64,000 bases of DNA from Squalus acanthias (lineage: Eukaryota), in assembly GCA_030390025.1 (NCBI GenBank), contig CM059431.1:145702001-145766000 (forward strand), read 5' to 3'. The notes below the pieces were generated by a model. That model saw only the letters and a program-made list of their open reading frames with translations. It was not told the DNA's origin and did no database searches. Shown here piece by piece: positions 51,240 to 63,168 of this stretch (within the stretch, counting starts at the first letter, position 1; every line of letters starts with the position of its first letter). The translations under genes were made by a program, and so were the position numbers.

Positions 51240-54120
51240 GTCCTGGTTGGTCTTTTTGAACCGCTGCAATCCTGTGGTGACGTTGAAAAATCCACTTGCA
51301 GGATTTTAAGTCAGCAATGATGAAGGAACCATGATATGTGTTCAGGTCAGGTTAGCCTGTGATTTACAGGGAAGATTGGAGCAGCGGGTATCTCAGGACT
51401 TTGCTGCTCTTATCCTTATCAATGATGGAGAGAGCTGGTATGAGCGGTGATGTTAATTTAAGCTTGGTGATTTGCAGTGGATAATACAGACTGCAGCAAT
51501 AGTGCACTGATGGTGACCGGTGTGGATATTGTGGATTTGAATCAAGCAGAATGTTTTGCCCTGAATGACGCCGAGCTTTATGGCTGGTGTTGTGCGTGTA
51601 ACCATTTAAGACGAGTGGTGATTATTCCATCACATGCCTAACTTGAGGCCTAGTGAAGAGGCTTTCAGAGATCAGGACGAGAGACACATATCGTGGAGAA
51701 CACAGCCTCTGCCGTTCATCCGCAGTGTTGACACAGCAGGTGCCGTTAATCTTCTGGTCAATGGGCATATCCAGGATGTTGATGGTGCGGCAGTAGGTGA
51801 TTTTGTTGCCGCAAAAAGTTGGGGGTATTGTTGTGACTTTTCCTGTTGGATCTGGTAATTGCCCAGCACTGACATGGCACAAAAAAATACCTGCCTCTTG
51901 TTAGCACACGCCTGGGAAATGTTCTTGTCCTGAAATAGGCTCTCATGGGCTGCTTCATTATTTTGGAAATGGAGCAGGGCACTGTTGAATTAACAGAGAA
52001 CGGATCGATTCCTGAACTTATGACAGAGCGATTGTTATTTATGATTGTACCTAACCAAGGGTGTAGCCCTGAGAAAGTCCAATTGTGATGCTTGCCCTCT
52101 AACAGCCATGCCCATTTTACTGATAATGATTCCCTTATACCCCCGATAACTATTACCTACGGTTTAACAGGGCTTCTTGATGTTGTCCTCGATCGGATCT
52201 GCACTCATGTCTACGGAAGTTAATCTCACATCTCGTGTCGCATTTTCTCTTATATCCAGGTCTCTATCAAGGCTGTGATGAAGTTTGGAGCTGAGCGGTC
52301 CAGGCTGAGCAGGAACTGATTGTTGGCGAGTCGAATATTGTTTTGTAGATGACCCTCGATAGTTCTACAATTGACTAATTCTATCACTGTATTGATGATT
52401 ATTAAGATATTAATAGGGCAAAAATTGGCTTTGTAAATTGTGTCATTTTCCAATGAACTGAGCAGAAGTCGGAAATTTCTTATTTTATCAGGTATACTAG
52501 TAACACAACTGTACTGGAATAGACTGGCTGTGGGGGTGGTGGTGGTGGTTAATTGTTTTAGGCAGGTCTTAGTAACTACAGACAGATACATCAAGCAATT
52601 AGGAAAGCAAATGTTATGTTTGCCTTTATTACAAATGGATTGGAGTGTAGGATAAAGAAACATTATTGTAAATATATAGGGCCTTGGTGAGACTACACCC
52701 GGAGTACTGTGTACAGTTTTTGTCTCCTTACCTGAGGAAGCATATACTTGCCTTAGAGGGAGTGGAACGATGGCCTGCCAGACTTATTCCTGGGATGGGA
52801 AGGGGGTGGGATTGTCCTATGAGGAGATATTGAGGAGACTATCCAAATATTCCCTAGAGGTAATCTCATTGTAACGTATACAATTCTTAAGAGGCTTGAC
52901 AGGATAAATGTTTAGAGGATGTTTCCCCTGGCTTGGGAGTCTAGAAGTAGGTGTCACTCTCTCAGAATAAGGGGTCAGTCATTTAGGTTCGAGATGAGGA
53001 GAAATGTCTTCACTCAGAGGGTTGTGAATCCTTGCAATTATCTACCCCAGAGGGCTGTGGATGCTCATTCGTTGAGTATATTTTCAGAACAGAGATGGAT
53101 TTTTGGATACTAAGGGAACCAAATAATATGGGACTATTGTGAAAGGTGGACTTGAGGTAGAAGATGAGCCATTATGCTTTTGAAGGGCCAAATGGCAGAC
53201 TCCAGCTCCTATTTCTAATGTTCTTATGTTCTTAACTAGGGTTCTGTTAGGATCAGTTATCTCTGCGGTCAGTTTGTTCCAGTGCTTCCTATTGTCACGT
53301 GCGGAGATCTCCATTGGCTTGACGCTGGGCTGAATGCTTATGGGAGCCACGTTTGCTCGTTAAAATTTCACTTTTGGCTGAATCTACTTCGAACACTGAA
53401 GCCTTGTTTCCATCAGCGGGGTGTCTTGGACTCGCCCCTGCCTGATAATCTCCTGTTGACACTCCCATTAATAAATGGATGTGGCAGGCAGTGTACGCTT
53501 AGTTCTTATTGTTTGGCCGTGGAACACATTAACTTGATCTGCAACACTCTGCTTTTGCCGTTTTGGGTTTAATTGTAGTTTAACTAAGTTAGTGCCTCAT
53601 TCTCAGTTTCAATGCTCTTGTTCCTGTCACGTTATTTAATTGTCCCCAATTAAACCCATAGTTGGAATTTTTACATTATAGTGCCGTTAGATTGTAGAAT
53701 TGTATAGGTCAGGCATCAGACATTGTCGAGGGATATAATTCTGCGAATTTGAAGGGCCCACAACACCTTATGTACGCCCAGTATCTGGCTACTAGCTATT
53801 GCCTCACTGGTAGAACTGCACAATAGAGAGTGTTCTCATTGTGGAGTCCAGACCTTGTCAATAGAAGGATTGTGTGGTGGTTACATCGATGAAAGCAATC
53901 ATCTACAGACGTGTCTCTGACTGGTGCATTATTGAAGATGTGATCAAGTAGGTCACTCCACACTGCCAGTACTCTCAAAGCACATGCAGTAGTCTGGGAG
54001 ACTGCCTTTGTAAATATAATCTGTATCAAGCTGTTGCTTGAGCAATCTGTGGGGGAGCTCTTCCAAATTAGCACCAGTCCCCAGATGGCAGTCAGGAAGA
54101 ATTTTCTGGTTGGGCTGGTC
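51240..54120. mobile_element. Highly decayed minus-strand LINE interrupted by a plus-strand CR1 3' fragment (~52590-53230)
   Basis: YKANFCPINIL and RSAPNFITALI remnants; CR1 FTQRVVN and tail TTCTAATGTTCTTATGTTCTTA. Confidence 0.6.
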
Positions 54121-55069
54121 TGGAATTGCCTGAGTCTTGTCCTGAATTGATGCTGTAGTGTTGTCGATTGGTCGATATTATAGTTCCCTTATTTATTGTT
54201 TCAATCACGTGCTCTGAATACCCCTTTGTTTGTCAGCACAACTGCAGGTCCTTTTTCAGTGAATATACTTTCCCAAGGCCCGTGTTGTCTTTGGCAGGGA
54301 TGATGCCTGCTGGCAATGGAAAGTGAGAACGAAGGAGAGACAGCTTTATTAGTAATTTTGGGAGATTTACAGTCACGACCATTGTTTGTTCCCATTTTTA
54401 AACAACATGTTTTTATATCAGATACACTGGAATGTGTCAATCTGGTTTCATGGTTGTTTGGATTAAGTGCGATTGATTCTGTCTAGCAGGATCATCTCTT
54501 TGACTGAATATTGGCAAATCGCCCCGGCCTGCTGCACGCCCACAGTGCAGAGTTGCAAATATACAAAATAATCCTGTCTTTTTTCTCTCTGCAAGTATTT
54601 CTGGTGGAGTTTAATGAACTTTATTTCCAGGGTTTGGATTCCATAGATGTGCAGACTGTTTGAGTAAATATAGCATGGGACACAACACATTGTCTTTTTA
54701 GCTCAGTTTTCGATAATTTGCGGCCCTTTGATGTGTGTCTGACTCAGGGCGCACCAGGCTTTGCGAAGTCTGGGCAGGATTGGACGGAAGTAGGCTTTCT
54801 GCAATCTGAGGAGTGTTCAAAGGTTGACTGTTCTTTTTGCAGAAGACTAATAATTGTTGCCGGCTTGCTGATGACTTGATCGTGATGTAATGGCTGGGTC
54901 CAGGCCACATCTCGCTGAGAATTTATACCCAGGAACTTCTGCTCTTTGCTGGCCTTGATTTGTTGTGACCGCCACCATGTGCTCACCTGCTGTGCTGTGC
55001 GACTGTTCCGTTTGGACTATCTCTAGTTTCCTCACTAAATCGCTGTGTTGGGACACAATCTTTAATAAC

Positions 55070-56163
55070 TGTAAGGGGTATCTTAAGTGAGCGGTTCGAA
55101 TCGAACAACACCCCTCCGGTTCCTAGACTTTGGGCTTATTTAGGGGTTGTGAACAAAATTGCAGTAAACAGGTTCTGAACAAAGAAATTTACTTTCTTAA
55201 AAGAAAAAGGTAACAAACTTGAAAACACACGTATTACTTAAACACAGATTCGGGGAACACACGGTACAAGCGAGGGAAACGACAATAAATCAAACAAAAC
55301 CCTATCCCTCCCAAATATCCCACTATCTGGCTAGGTTTTTGGTTTCAGGAGATCAGGGATAATGCTCACCAACGAGTCCTTGACAGGATATTAGAGTCTT
55401 TTTGTTTAAAAGGACTCCGGAAGGCCCTTATGGTTTCTTCTTGCGTGCTGGTTTTCTTCCTCGTGGGTTGTGGTAAGTTTTGCTGGAGCAGGGAGAGAGC
55501 TGTGTTCGCGTCGCCAGTCAGTCCAAAGAGAGAGAGATTATGGCACAGGCTTTCAAATTATACTGTATCTTTTTTCGCGCTCAAAACCCCTTAATAAAAC
55601 GAATTCCTTTTAGAATGTAAATGACCCTCTGTCTCGTTTTTGGCGGGCTGGCCAGCTCCGATGGTTCTTGCTTAGTGTTAATCGCTTTCCGATTTAAACA
55701 CCGCCTTATCTACACGCCAAATCTTCACTCTATTGTCCTTCTGTTTGGCAGGCTTTTAAATCGGTTCTCTGATTACCTGATTGATTGTTTTTTTTGGATG
55801 GGATAATGGCTATGAAACTGTGTGATCGAAATTAAATTGTCATTGAATCGTTTTTAGATTTCCAGCATCTTTAAGCCCCTGGGGATCCATATTTGAATGT
55901 GTTTGTGAGTTTTTTTTTTGGTTTTGTCGAGAGATTACTGCACTGCCTGGCCACGCTCCTCTGCAGCCTGTGTGTTTGTGAAGGCGTCTTTCCCCAGTAA
56001 GATTCGAAAAGTCAGTTTTCTCAAGGTTTTCTTCTTGTGGTCTTAGGTTTTTACATCAAATCACTTCACTGAGGTCCCATCATCCCAAGTTTGTATGAAA
56101 AGTCCAAAAATCACTCCCTTTAGGGCTCTGTTCGAGTTTCTGGGGGATTTTGCGAAGCCTACA
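55070..56163 (-). repeat. 3' LTR (~1094 bp)
   Basis: TGTAAGG...GCCTACA; direct repeat of 2609-3744 with substitutions and a ~40 bp indel. Confidence 0.93.
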
Positions 56164-56175
56164 TACCCCACTTTG
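56164..56175 (-). promoter_or_regulatory. Polypurine tract
   Basis: Minus strand CAAAGTGGGGTA immediately precedes the LTR TG. Confidence 0.7.
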
Positions 56176-56448
56176 AAACTAACACTGACTTAGTATCATT
56201 AACAGGTGAGCAAAATTTCCGATCCCCGAAAACCAACCTTCCCCTGTATTACCTAAACTAAAAACCCAAACATTAATTCCCCTTTTGAAAGTGGTGTTTC
56301 AGGTACATACAGGTAAAAATCAATCTTTATTTCACATCCAAGCACAGAGAGAGTACAACTCCCTGCACAGCTTGGAAAAAAACACATCATACACATCGTA
56401 AAAATGACACAACACACATACAATTTTTTTTTAATTAAAAGACGAAAT

Positions 56449-58723
56449 TCAAGTTTCGTTCCATCCCTGGCCACAGCCTTTCTTTTGATGCACTTCCCAA
56501 GTCCCTTCGTGTCTGGAGCGGAGCTCCCCGTCCCTTCCCCTGCACTTTGTACACAGCAGGTAGAGAACTATCCCGAGCTGGCAGACCACCAAAAGATGGG
56601 AAGCCATCCTGATCCAGGACGGCACCTCTATATTCTCGAAAATATCTAACCAGGGTGGAACTACTATATTCAAAATCTCTGCCCCTATTTCAACTGTTTT
56701 CTGTTCTAGGGTGTAGAAATATTTTTGTGAAATCTCTACAGCTTTAAGTAGGATGGTAAGATGTTCGGGTAGAGTGGGAATTTTATATCCAAAGTAAGTC
56801 ACATACTTTTGCAGGTTGGTGATGTTTTCTGTTACAGTGACGTGAACAGTGGGGGGTTCAGGATGGGGGACAATCCGTTCCTGGGCCACTTGAACTTCTG
56901 CCTCGGGTTTAAAGCATAAACTGCTGTCGCTTACCGGACACCAGAAGTGTCCATGCTGGTAGTGAGTCGCACCTGTGGTGACACAATATGTCCCACCGCC
57001 TATATATGCTACCTTTGGGGAAACATGGCCGTGTGCCATCACCTCCATGGTACAATTGATAGGTCGTGCTCCAGCAACTTTAAACCCGCACTGTGGTTTG
57101 GAATAGGCGTTCAAGTGCTGGGGACACAGTATTATGTGTGAACCCCGGCTCCGGCACCCGGAGAGGTCAGTACCTGTCATGGCGTGCTCCCACTTTATGA
57201 CATAAGGTGGGACCGCTGTAAAACGGATGTGTGCACCCACTTGAATGACTCCAATGTTCTCCACCCTGTATACCGTTACGGGTCGGGCTGTCTCACTCAT
57301 GACCGGCATTCTCACTACTATTCCCATGATAGTGTGATTTGAACGCCCACAATATATTGGGACAGGGTAGGCTTCAGAGGCTAGTCGAAATTGGCATGGG
57401 CTCAGAGAATTACTAAACGGGTGGAGGGCTGCAAGGTGCTTGTTGCTGATACAGGAGGGGACTAAACCTTGCTTTAAATCCTCCAGGTTGCTACGGCCCT
57501 CGACAGCAACCATGCCCCGTACAGCACACACACCTCATTCTGTGCAGCCTGATCCGATGCATTCCTATCCTCCCGTATGAGTGCATTTACTGTTTTGACA
57601 TGCCTTTACTATTCTGCAATAATTTCCTTTAAATGAACCGTCATAGCTTGCTCCTCATGTAGCTCTGAGCCTACCACTGTGTTCCCATCCTTCAGGATCT
57701 TTCCTAACTGGGTTTTAACCATTTATCTGTGTCTGTAATTCCATGTCATCCCGTGCCCATAGGGTTATCAGGGTGTATTCTGTATAGCTCTACTTTGCCT
57801 ATATTGGCAAAATCAAATTCGTAAAATTTCCGAAACAGTTCCTTTAGCAGGGCCTGGTACAGCTGCTCCGTCTCCTTAGGACACCACTCAGGTAAGTATA
57901 CCTCGGTAAGGTTTAATATTACTGAAGCTACTGCATAGTGTACCCCCTGGTATAGTACCTTTTCGTTTGGTACTAGGACTAACCCATTCCCTGGTCCCTT
58001 GGTGGTGGTAGGGCACTTTTCTTCCAGGGTTTTCGGTACCTGGGTCGTGGGTAGGGGCTTCGGGTGTGTGCCACGAGTTCAGTGGCATTAACTGGGACCG
58101 GAATGTATGGGACCACGCACCCATGCAGGCTAGAATCCCACCCTATCCCCTCCCCGGCATCTTTCCATTTGCTGGAGATGATGACGGATACCCCTGTGGG
58201 GCAGGCTTCCTCTGATCCCCACATACAAACATAGACTCCCTGTTCTGAAACCCACCACTTATCCCAACAAACACTAACTCCTCCTTGTGTCCCTGTGATT
58301 GTCCGGTGGGTGTCGTTCCCTAATCGTTCCCAGTGGGCTGAATGGTCCCCTGCGTCCCTGCTCAGCTTCCTGAGCCACCACCACCTATTCAAGGGAATTC
58401 GTCCCTTACAGGTAAGGCACACACGCTTCCCCTCGGTGACACTGACCCTTGTGGCAACGACCTGTATTCTGGGGCATGGCGGGGAGGCCTCCCCGTACGC
58501 GAACCCGGGCTGGTTGGAGTATTTAGTAGAGTTAGACACCAGCCACCCTGGCCACCTTCCCTCGTGGAAGTAGATGGCGAGCTCCTCCACTCCCCGCTCG
58601 CCACCCCCTGTGGTGACGACTGGTGCTCTCACTCCTGAGCACCCATAGATGTCGGAGTCCTCCACGTCACCTCGGTCACCGATGCTCACCCTACCAGGGC
58701 GAGCAGGACCAGAACCTTGTCAT
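56449..58723 (-). pseudogene. env: env: signal peptide, Ig-like domain, F-protein-like ectodomain and TM anchor; frameshifted
   Basis: KVLVLLALVG-VSIG leader; VTEGKRVCLTC..WWW..QGVYVC; GLVLVPNEKVLY..WC..LYQALL; heptad region; IVVRMP..VYRVENIG..VPPY..DLSGC..ILCP..C..C..GGTYC; TM ASHLLVVCQLGIVLYLLC. Confidence 0.8.
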
Positions 58724-59213
58724 CCCGAAGTCCTTTCTGTAGGGGCACACACAAAACATATATCCATGTCCCAAAAAGGTTCTCTGGCTGGATAATTAAT
58801 CAAACCCTTAAACTTAAAAAAAACTCTACAAACAACTAAACTAGCGATAACCATAACTACCAAAACTGCAATTACTTAAAACCGAAAAATTCTGTACATT
58901 TGCCGCCCGTCTCCTGTTTAGTCTCTGCCTTATGTGGCCTCTGGATGGCTTGTACACCTGGGTATAGTGCGGCCTGTTCCGCCGGACCCAGAAGGCCTTC
59001 CTCAAAACCGCTGGGGGTAACTTAACATCCCAGCTGCGTCCTGTACTGCAGCACACTACCCCCTTTTGTGTGACTGCAGCGCCCTCGTTCATATCTGTGG
59101 GCTCCTCCCAGCCTGAGGCTGCGGGCGGGGGACCCTTCTCTCTCTCTTCTTCCAGTACTACCTCTCCTGTGAAACCCTCACTCTTGGAGGCTGCAGGCTG
59201 GGAATCCCCAACT

Positions 59214-62200
59214 TTAGAACGCTCCCTGCTCTTGGTGCTCTTTTTCGGGTTGCAACCCTCTTGGGGTGGGACCTTTAAACAGATACACCTGTGGAGACTG
59301 AAGCCTTTGCTGTGGTGTGCGGGGAGACCTTCTTAGGGCTCTGGCCACTGGGGGTGTGCTTGAGTCCCACATAATCGGTGGAGTGACCTCTCCTGTGAGA
59401 CAACACACTGTCCCTCCCGCTGCAGCTTGTGCGTCTGCCACAGCTGCGGCTGGCTGAGGGTTTCTAACTTGGGGGCCATCCAGCTTTGCCGGCTGTTCCC
59501 TTTTAGGTTTAAACAGTTTGCATTGTTTGATGTGAAACCACGTTGTACGGCGGGGCATCTTTATGGCATAGACCATGGGGCTTGCCTTGTCTACAATGTT
59601 GTAGGGCCCCATGTACAATGGTTCGAAACTCCCTACCCGAGCAAAATTTCTAACCATGACCTGATCTCCAACCTCCCACTCGTGGTGCTTGCGGGGTTCC
59701 AGCAGCAATCGGTTACCCCAATGCTGTTTTCCCATGTTACTCGCAGCCTGCCAGTGGACCTTTTTAAGGTGGTCCAACAGATTCCTGACGAATATGTCCC
59801 GGTTCACCTCCCTGAGCTGCCCTTCCCTGAGCACCGGGGCTAGCACATAGGTGGGGGTCCGCATAATCCTGCCAGTCATGAGCTGGTGTGGGGAATACCC
59901 CGTGCTTTTTGACTGGCTGGCCCGGATCCCCATTAGGACCAACAGTGAGGCGTCTACCCACTTTTTGGGTGAGTCTCCCATCTCCTTTCGCAGCCTTTCT
60001 TTGATGGTACGGTTTAAACGCTCCACAATCACTGATGACTGTGGGTTGTGGGCGATGTGCCATTTCCCTTCTATGCCGAGTACCCTGAGGATCTCTTGCA
60101 TGACCTGCACAGTAAAGTGACTCCCCTGGTCTGACTCCACATACTGTAGGAGCCCCCATCGTGACAACACTTCCCTGACCAGGATCCTGGCTGTACCCAA
60201 AGCGGTAGCTGTTCGACATGGAAAAGCTTCCACCCACTTTGAGAACACATCCACCAGGACTAGGCAGTATTTGTAGCCACCCTGAGCGGTGGGTAGGTGC
60301 CCGATGTAGTCGACCTGGATCGACTGCCATGGTCCCTTTACCCTCCTGATGTGTCCCATAGATACCTTCCTTTTCTGTGGGTCAGTGTTGTTAGCAGCAC
60401 ACACCAGACAGCCTGCACAGAACTCGCGGACATCCTCCCTCAGTCCTGGCCAACATCCTGCCTGTTCCACCCGCTGCCAGGTGGTCTCAAGCCCGGGATG
60501 CCCCGCTCCTGGACCCTCACGGGTCAGTTGGAGGATTTCCCTTCGGTGCTGCTGCGGCACTACCCATTGTTCCCCACTGAACAGCATCCCTTCTTTGCGG
60601 GTGATGGCTGCTGCGCCGTAAGGGCCCTCTACCTTCTCCCCTCTAGCCAGCGTTTCCAGGACAGTTTTTAGGATGGGATCCCGTGCCGGGACCGTCTTTA
60701 GGTCCGGGGTCAATGCTACCCCTGCACTCCCTTGGGTCCCTCCTCTGCCTCTGATTGATGCTACCGGGTTTGATCCATATGGATCCAACAACGTGCCTGT
60801 ACTGGCACCCTCTTTGGCCAGCATGTCGGCTTGGTGATTGCCCTCTGCGCGGGGCTTTACCTTGGAATGGGCCTTCACCTTTTGCATGTATACCCTACCT
60901 TCCTCCCCTACTGCCCTCATGATTTTCTCCAACAGAGCCTTGATGGCCAGGGATCTCACATCAGCGGAGGCGTATCCACAACGGGACCAGATGGCCAGGT
61001 ACTCTGTACACGAATTGCATGTGAACATGCTGTCCGAGCAAATCGTGTATGGCGTAGGGAATTCCTTGGGGTGTGTGACTACATACACCACCGCAGACAG
61101 TTCAGCCTGCTGGGCACTCATGGTGCTGGGGAGCTTGATTGCCAGAGCAATGCCTGCCTCTGGGTCATAAATCCCACACCCTGTGGGTCGTTTGCCAGCT
61201 GATACTGTGCTTGAACCGTCCACGTAGATTTCGCGGCCTGTGGGGTGTATCCCAGCTCGCAAACCTATGTTGACTTCCCATACCCCTTCAACGGAACTCC
61301 GGTGGGCTGTCCCTGAGTAAATCATGTTTGCTACGAGCTTTGGCTCGCAGAGACCTTTTACCCTCAGATCCATTTGTGAGAGAAGCAGGGTCCAGCGAGC
61401 AATGCGAGCACTGCTCACTGTCCCATCTTTAATTCTCCCATCCAAGAGCATCTGGGTGGGCGTGTGGTGAGTGAGGAGTGTGATGGGAGAGGTGCCTGTG
61501 AAGATCAATGATCTTTTCACAGCCCAGTGAGTGGCTAGGAGGTGCCTCTCACAGTTGGAGTAGCTCCTCTCCACATCAGTGAGCATTCTGGTGAAGTAAA
61601 CCACTGGTCTCAGCTTGCCATGCCTGTCTTGGAGCAGCACTGTACTCAGACTGTCCCCACTGGCTGCTACCTCCAGGAAAAACTCTACCCCTCCATCAAT
61701 GGCCCCTAGAGCCATGGCGGTTTGCAGATCTCTCCTGAGTTTCAGAATGGTAGCCTCGCAACCCTCATCCCAAACCTGCTCCACTCCCTTGTGTAGGAGT
61801 CGGAGCAGAGGGGCTGCTGTGGCTGCGTAATCCTCAATGAAATCTCTGCAGTACCCAGTTAGCCCTAGAAAAGACCTTACCCCTGTAACTGTGTTGGGGG
61901 CTGGTAACTCCTGAACTGCTTCCCTTCTAGCTTTGTCAATGGCCCTCTCCCCTGCTCGCACAGCCAGGCCCAGGAATTTGACTTCCCGCTGGCCAATCTG
62001 TGCCTTCTTTAGGTTTACCGTAAAGCCCTCTTGCCTGAGCAGTTCCAGCAGTTCTGCAGAAGGAGACCATGTTCCTCTCACTCATCGGTAAAGAGGATTA
62101 GGCCGTCCACATACTGGACCAGCTGATGGGCCTGCTGAAGCCCTTCAAGCAATTCACCATACATTGGGGAAACATGCTGGGCTGTTGTGGGAGCCCTAGG

Positions 62201-63168
62201 GCAGACAGTTCCATGTGGACGGTTGGCCTTTAAATGTAAAGGCGAACTTGTACTGATCCTTAGAGGGATGGACCAGAAACCGTTGGAAATATCCAGCACT
62301 GTAAAGGTGGTCGCAGATGCCGGGAAACTTCCAATGAGGTCGGCTACGGCTGCAACCGTGCGGGCACAGGCGGGGATGTTTCGGTTGAGTACTCGATAGT
62401 CTACTGTGGCCCTCCAGGATTTATCTGGTTTTCTAACCGGCCACAGTGGGGAGTTCACATGGGTAACTATAGATCTCAATATCCCCTGCTTGACTAAAGA
62501 AGTCAAAGCCGTTTCAAGTCTGTCTAAGCTTCCCTGGGGAAGTTATACTGCTTTTGTGGGCGGTTCATGGGGTCCCCACTGACACTAACCTCGACCCCGG
62601 TTACACTCCCACAGTCGTGCTTGTGAGTGGCAAATGCTGCGAGGTTTTCCGGCACAAATGCCTGGTACTCCCTTGGAGTGTGACTGACCATGAGTTCTAG
62701 GTCGTAACCATCCTTTGGTTTTACTGTGCACAAGGTCCCCTTGCCTTGTGCCTCCGGGATGACTGCTACCTCACTACTATTTTGGGTACATGCTCCCCAT
62801 AGACAGTGGTTCCTTAAATCCACTAAAATCCTGTGGCCTGTGATAAAGTCGGCCCCCAGGATCCCCTTCCCTTCTTGCTCCCACTTCATTAGGACACAGG
62901 TCCACTTGGTGTGGAGCGTTCACAAATGAATGGACAGCGGGATGGAGAATGAGCCAGCCTGCTCGTTACCTGTGAATCCCACTAGGCTGCACGGGACCCC
63001 GTTATACAGAGGTGAATTGGCTGGGTTATCTGAATAAATGAGGGTGCTCGAAGCTCCTGTGTCTAACAGATAGTTCCCTTCTACCTTTTCTACCTCCATC
63101 TTAACATGCGGTATCTTCCAGGCATCATACTCGAGGGGACACAGGTAGACCGGCTGTGCTAGCTCCAG
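59214..63168 (-). pseudogene. pol: pro-pol: protease, RT (YVDD>YVDG), tether RNase H, second RNase H, integrase with GPY/F; frameshifted
   Basis: 955-aa ORF 59214-62081 plus ORFs 62078-62506 and 62524-62889; LDISNGFWSIPL, VRSFLGLTGYCR, IYVDGSS, AQQAEL, SDS, VKAH, GNHQAD, GH..C..C, VDYIG, SDQG, VERLN, GPY. Confidence 0.93.

Noticed and set aside
59214..62081. Domesticated NYNRIN/GIN-like host gene
   Set aside because: Flanked by LTR, PPT, gag and env, with a mutated RT active site and frameshifts; it is a decayed provirus
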